This document shows, piece by piece, positions 60,139 through 64,000 of a DNA stretch of 64,000 nt. Made by a program: the position numbers and the translations under genes. Under the pieces are notes generated by a model. That model searched no databases. It was not told the DNA's origin and saw only the letters and a program-made list of their open reading frames with translations. Each line of letters opens with the position of its first letter. Within the stretch, counting starts at the first letter, position 1. Source of the stretch: Myxococcota bacterium (GTDB taxonomy: Bacteria; Myxococcota_A; UBA9160; UBA4427); NCBI GenBank assembly GCA_965250285.1, contig OZ252299.1, forward strand, positions 3,392,001 through 3,456,000. The letters are read 5' to 3'.

Positions 60139-60416
60139 TGCACGACCGACTTCGCACAACCGTCGTTCGGATCTGGACGAACCGATCTGGGGACCGAGTT
60201 GCGCACCCCATACACACGCGTTGCGTGTCCATGATGGCGCGAGCCCAACTGCACACAGCGCGGCACAGACTCGGTGGAGAACGCCTCAGTGCACGGCCGG
60301 ACCACGCCCGCCGCGGCGCTGCAGCACGTCACTCATGGGCGCCGCGCATCTCCGGAAGCTGCGGTGCGTCCGCCGGACGCCGCAGCGGCGCGCTCGCTGG
60401 GCGGCGCATCGATGTG

Positions 60417-61100
60417 TCAGTCGGGCAGGCCGGTCAGGCGAATGCCAAAGCCTTCGGGCGCCTTGTAGCGGATGTTCAGACCGATGAGCAGCGCGGTGAT
60501 CTCTTCGACGATCTTGGCGTTCGCGAGCGGTCCGCCATTCACCGCGCGCAGGCCGGGGACCAGCTCGCACAGGGGCTCGATGCGCTCGCGTGCGGCCTTC
60601 TTGCCCGAGACGATCACGTCGCACTCGACCTCTTCGTCGAGCTCGCGCAGGCGATGCGCCGACACGTTCTGGAACGCCGACACCACGTCGACACCGGTCG
60701 GCACGAGCGACTGCACCATCTCGGCGGCCGACCCCTGCCAGATGCCGATCGTGCGCATCGGCCCATCGCCGATGGCCGTTGCGAGCGGAACGGCCATCGA
60801 GACGACGACGTCGCCGGGCTCGAGCACCTCCTTGATCGACTTCACGGTTCCCGCCGTGTGCTCGAACGGCACAGACAGGATGATGAGAGCGGTCTTCGTC
60901 GTGGCTTCGGCGTTCTCGTAGCCCTCGACGTCGGCGCCCGGCACGGCCGCCTTCACCTCTTCGACGGCTGCCAGGGCCTTGTCGGCCTTGCGCGAGCCGA
61001 TCACGACCTTGCGGCCAGCCTTCGCAAAACGGAGCGCGAGGCCGAGCCCCTGGTCTCCGGTCCCACCCAAAATTGCAATCGCGTCGTCGGTCTTCGTCAT
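60417..61100 (-). CDS. npdG: F420-dependent NADP oxidoreductase
   Basis: IAILGGTGDQGLGLALRFA, IGSR, GSAAE, SAFQNVSA, VEEITALLIGLN. Confidence 0.9.
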   Translation of the reverse strand: MTKTDDAIAILGGTGDQGLGLALRFAKAGRKVVIGSRKADKALAAVEEVKAAVPGADVEGYENAEATTKTALIILSVPFEHTAGTVKSIKEVLEPGDVVVSMAVPLATAIGDGPMRTIGIWQGSAAEMVQSLVPTGVDVVSAFQNVSAHRLRELDEEVECDVIVSGKKAARERIEPLCELVPGLRAVNGGPLANAKIVEEITALLIGLNIRYKAPEGFGIRLTGLPD

Positions 61101-61227
61101 GGCGCCGGACGGTAGCAGGGCACCCGGCCAGCGGGGCGTCCTGCCCCCGGGCCAGCGACTGCGCCATGCGTGCGAACGCCCGGACGCCGGCGCCGGCCCG
61201 GCGGTCGCGACCCGGTATGCTGTGGCG

Positions 61228-61578
61228 ATGGATCACGCGAAGGGCGGCACACCCGCGACCACCCCCACCCGGTTCGAGCAGGCGGGGCCGCAGGCGCTCC
61301 GGATCGACTGGGCGGACGGCGCCGCTTTCGAGTACCCGGTGCGCGCGCTGCGGATCGCATGCGCCTGCGCCCATTGCGTCGACGAGTGGACCGGTGCGAA
61401 CCTGCTCGACCCCGACAGCGTCCCCGAGGACATCCACCCCGTGCAGGTTCACCCCGTCGGGCGCTATGCGATTCAGATCGACTGGAGTGACGGCCACGCG
61501 ACGGGCATCTACAGCTTCGAGCGACTCCGCGAGCTGGCCGACCGAGGGGTCGCCGCCGCGATCGCACCGGCGCCCTGA
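61228..61578 (+). CDS. DUF971/GBBH-like N-terminal domain protein
   Basis: LRIACACAHC, PVGRYAIQIDWSDGHATGIYSFERL. Confidence 0.88.
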   Translation: MDHAKGGTPATTPTRFEQAGPQALRIDWADGAAFEYPVRALRIACACAHCVDEWTGANLLDPDSVPEDIHPVQVHPVGRYAIQIDWSDGHATGIYSFERLRELADRGVAAAIAPAP

Positions 61579-61648
61579 GCCCACCCTGCGCGGTCACGTA
61601 CGCCCGCGCGCCCCGCGAGCCCCGATCGAGAAGCCACAGAGAGCCCCG

Positions 61649-62446
61649 ATGTCGAAGACGCCCCCTGAGCCCGTCCCCTCTGCCACGATCCTGCTGCTGC
61701 GCGAAGCCGACCCCGCGATGGAGGTCTTCATGGTGCAGCGCCACCACCAGATCGACTTCGCGACCGGGGCGCTGGTCTTCCCGGGCGGCAAGGCCGACCC
61801 CGCCGACGCCTCGAAGGGGCTGCGCGATCACTGCGACGGGGCCGACGACCTGGGTGACGTCGAGCTCTCGATTCGGGCCTGCGGCATTCGAGAGACCTTC
61901 GAAGAGGCGGGCGTCCTGCTCGCGCGGGCCGAGGGCGAGACCGAGCTCGTCGGCGGCGATCGCCTGCGCGGGCTCGAGGCGGGTTGGCGCGAGGCGCTGC
62001 ACTCGGGGGATCGCACGCTGCTCGAGTTCGTGCGCGACGAGCAGCTTCGCCTGGCGTGCGACGCGCTCGTGCATTTCGCCCACTGGATCACGCCGGTCTT
62101 CATGCCGAAGCGCTTCGACACGCACTTCTACCTGGCGAAGGCGCCCGCCGACCAGCTCGCGCTGCACGACGGCCACGAGTCGGTCGATTCGGTCTGGACG
62201 ACCGTCGACGACGCCGTCGATGCCGAGGCGAAGGGTGAACGCACGATCATCTTCCCGACGCTCGTGAACCTGAAGAAGCTCGGCCGCAATCACCGGGTCG
62301 ACGACGCCTTCGCGGCCGCCCGGGCGAAGCCGATCGTCACGGTGCTGCCCGAGGTGCACAAGAACGACGCCGGCGAGGCGATGCTCACGCTGCCGGCCGA
62401 GGCCGACTACGACATCGTCGAAGCACCGCTGGACGCGCTGCGATGA
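61649..62446 (+). CDS. NUDIX hydrolase (Nudt19-like)
   Basis: VFPGGKAD, IRETFEEAG, HWITP...KRFDTHF. Confidence 0.88.
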   Translation: MSKTPPEPVPSATILLLREADPAMEVFMVQRHHQIDFATGALVFPGGKADPADASKGLRDHCDGADDLGDVELSIRACGIRETFEEAGVLLARAEGETELVGGDRLRGLEAGWREALHSGDRTLLEFVRDEQLRLACDALVHFAHWITPVFMPKRFDTHFYLAKAPADQLALHDGHESVDSVWTTVDDAVDAEAKGERTIIFPTLVNLKKLGRNHRVDDAFAAARAKPIVTVLPEVHKNDAGEAMLTLPAEADYDIVEAPLDALR

Positions 62447-63216
62447 GCGCCGCCCTCGAAGACGCCGAGCTCGATGCCGCCCTCCACTCGGCTTGTGCGG
62501 CCAGCGACGCCGCCCGGGAAGAGATCCTCCCCCGATTTCGCGATGTCGCGGTCGAGTGGAAGCAGGACGGCTCGCCGGTCACCGAGGCCGACCGGGCGGC
62601 CGAACGCACGATCCGCCGGATTCTGCAGGCGGCACACCCGGGCTTCGGGCTGCTCGGCGAGGAGTACGGCGGCGACGACGCCAAGGCCGACGCGCCCAAT
62701 TGGATCATCGATCCGATCGACGGCACGATCAGCTTCGCGCGCGGCATTCCGCTCTTCGGTACGTTGATCGCGCTCGTCGAAGACGGCCGATCGACCGTGG
62801 GTTTGATCGACCTCCCGGCCCTCGGCGAACGCTTCGCCGGTCGCCAGGGCGGCGGCACCACCCGGAACGGACAGACCGTGCGCTGCTCGGAGCAGACCGA
62901 CCTCTCGCGCTCGATCGTGTCGCTGGGCGATCCGATCTGCTTCGAGTGGGCCGGAACGCGCGAGATCTACGAGCGCATCGGTCGCGAGGCGCCCCTGGTG
63001 CGCGGCTACACCGACGCGTTCGGCCACGCGCAGGTGCTCGCGGGCGGCGTCGACCTGATGGTCGACTGCGATCTGAACCCGTGGGACGCAGCAGCGACCG
63101 AAGTGCTCGTCGCCGAAGCCGGCGGTCGGTGCTTCCGCCGCGACCGGGAGAAGGGCAAGATCGACTTGATCTTCGGCGCGCCCGCGCTCGTCGAGCAGGT
63201 CGCCGCCTGGCTCTGA
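62443..63216 (+). CDS. Inositol monophosphatase family protein (HisN-like histidinol-phosphatase)
   Basis: SPVTEAD, GEE, IDPIDGT, LFGTLIAL, PWDAAA. Confidence 0.88.
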   Translation: MSAALEDAELDAALHSACAASDAAREEILPRFRDVAVEWKQDGSPVTEADRAAERTIRRILQAAHPGFGLLGEEYGGDDAKADAPNWIIDPIDGTISFARGIPLFGTLIALVEDGRSTVGLIDLPALGERFAGRQGGGTTRNGQTVRCSEQTDLSRSIVSLGDPICFEWAGTREIYERIGREAPLVRGYTDAFGHAQVLAGGVDLMVDCDLNPWDAAATEVLVAEAGGRCFRRDREKGKIDLIFGAPALVEQVAAWL

Positions 63217-63467
63217 CGGCCGAGCCAGGGCGCTGACTCCAGGTCCCCTTCGACGGCCGCAGCAGATCTGTACACCCGCGAATTCGCAGGCGAATCGGGG
63301 ATCGCGACGCTAGACTCGGTACCTCGGCGCGCCCCCCGTTCACCAGGCCCGACGCGACCTCGGCCTCGCCAAGGACGCCACCGCAGCCCGGTCCGAAACA
63401 CAGCGACGAACCATTCGCCGAGCGCGCGACCCGAGGGTCCGCCGCCCGCCTCACTCAGGAAGACGAC

Positions 63468-64000
63468 ATGTCCGATCACCCCTCCCTCCAAGACGCCCAG
63501 ACCCTGGTCGCCGCCGCCACCACGCTGCTCGAGGATTCGCTCGCCGCCGCGAAGAAGCTGACCGACGGCGGCAAGAAGATCGACTCGCACCAGGTCGCGA
63601 CCGAGCGGGTCGCGTACGCCGCCACCGAGGTGGCCGCCGCGCACGAGGTGATCGCCCAGTACCAGGAGGTGGTGAACGAGGGCCGCGGCACGCCCCACTT
63701 CGAGCGCGTGGCCGTCGCCGGCGTCGGCGAGCTGGTCTGGAGCCTGCGCGATCGCCTGTCGGCCATCGCCGACGATCTCGTGATCGGCGACGCCGCGGTC
63801 GAGAAGGCGTTCCCGGCCGAGGTGCGCGACCTGCTGCGTCGCGCGACGAGCGAAGCCCTGATGCGCGAGATCGGCGTGACGGTGCTCGAGCAGCGCGGCG
63901 TGAACGACACGCCGCTCGATGAGATGCACGAACAGGTGCGCGCCCAGGTTCGCGAGTACGCGCTCAACGAGGTGAGCCCGCACGCCGAGCACATTCATCG
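63468..64000 (+). CDS. Acyl-CoA dehydrogenase with long N-terminal extension (methylsuccinyl-CoA dehydrogenase-like), 3' truncated
   Basis: Own translation MSDHPSLQDAQTLV...IDSHQVATERVAYAATE...LDEMHEQVRAQVREYALNEVSPHAEHIH; AGGA RBS; ACAD N-terminal helix begins near residue 150. Confidence 0.7.
   Translation, partial: MSDHPSLQDAQTLVAAATTLLEDSLAAAKKLTDGGKKIDSHQVATERVAYAATEVAAAHEVIAQYQEVVNEGRGTPHFERVAVAGVGELVWSLRDRLSAIADDLVIGDAAVEKAFPAEVRDLLRRATSEALMREIGVTVLEQRGVNDTPLDEMHEQVRAQVREYALNEVSPHAEHIH

Noticed and set aside
58877..60487. ORFs in the nrdJ-npdG gap, including a possible nrdR
   Set aside because: Arg/Pro/Ser-rich translations lacking host codon pattern; no zinc-ribbon/ATP-cone NrdR motif.
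1..64000. Prophage, transposon, integron or defence island
   Set aside because: No integrase, transposase, phage structural or recognisable defence gene was seen, and there is no sustained low-GC segment.

Overview
High-GC core-genome region of a diderm bacterium, most likely Myxococcota/deltaproteobacterial (inference from lolA, a PEP-CTERM protein, a myxobacterial-type stand-alone PilZ protein and the pgpA-cinA-recA-pilT...alaS order). Most genes are housekeeping: ispG, alaS, recA, yqgF, mltG, mreB, ftsK-lolA, ssb, radC, moaC, lgt, ETF-QO, sppA, class II nrdJ and npdG. The stand-out locus is a complete, compact, actinobacterial-type Pup-proteasome operon (arc-dop-pup-prcB-prcA-pafA, 26333-33492, minus strand). 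It has several unusual features: a sigma54-type -24/-12 motif just upstream of arc, an N-terminally extended Pup ending in GGE, a 27-codon mini-ORF created by duplication of the prcB/prcA junction, and no pafBC (a membrane-anchored coiled-coil protein and an orphan mreB follow instead). Non-coding oddities include a 4 x 79-bp hairpin-rich tandem array before radC, a four-GGGG-tract repeat before recA, and a 1.5-kb nrdJ upstream region with candidate NrdR boxes, strong strand bias and a ~170-nt rod-shaped RNA structure. No rRNA, tRNA, CRISPR array, transposase or integrase was recognised. All calls are by eye from motifs; no database search was run, and several start codons are best estimates.
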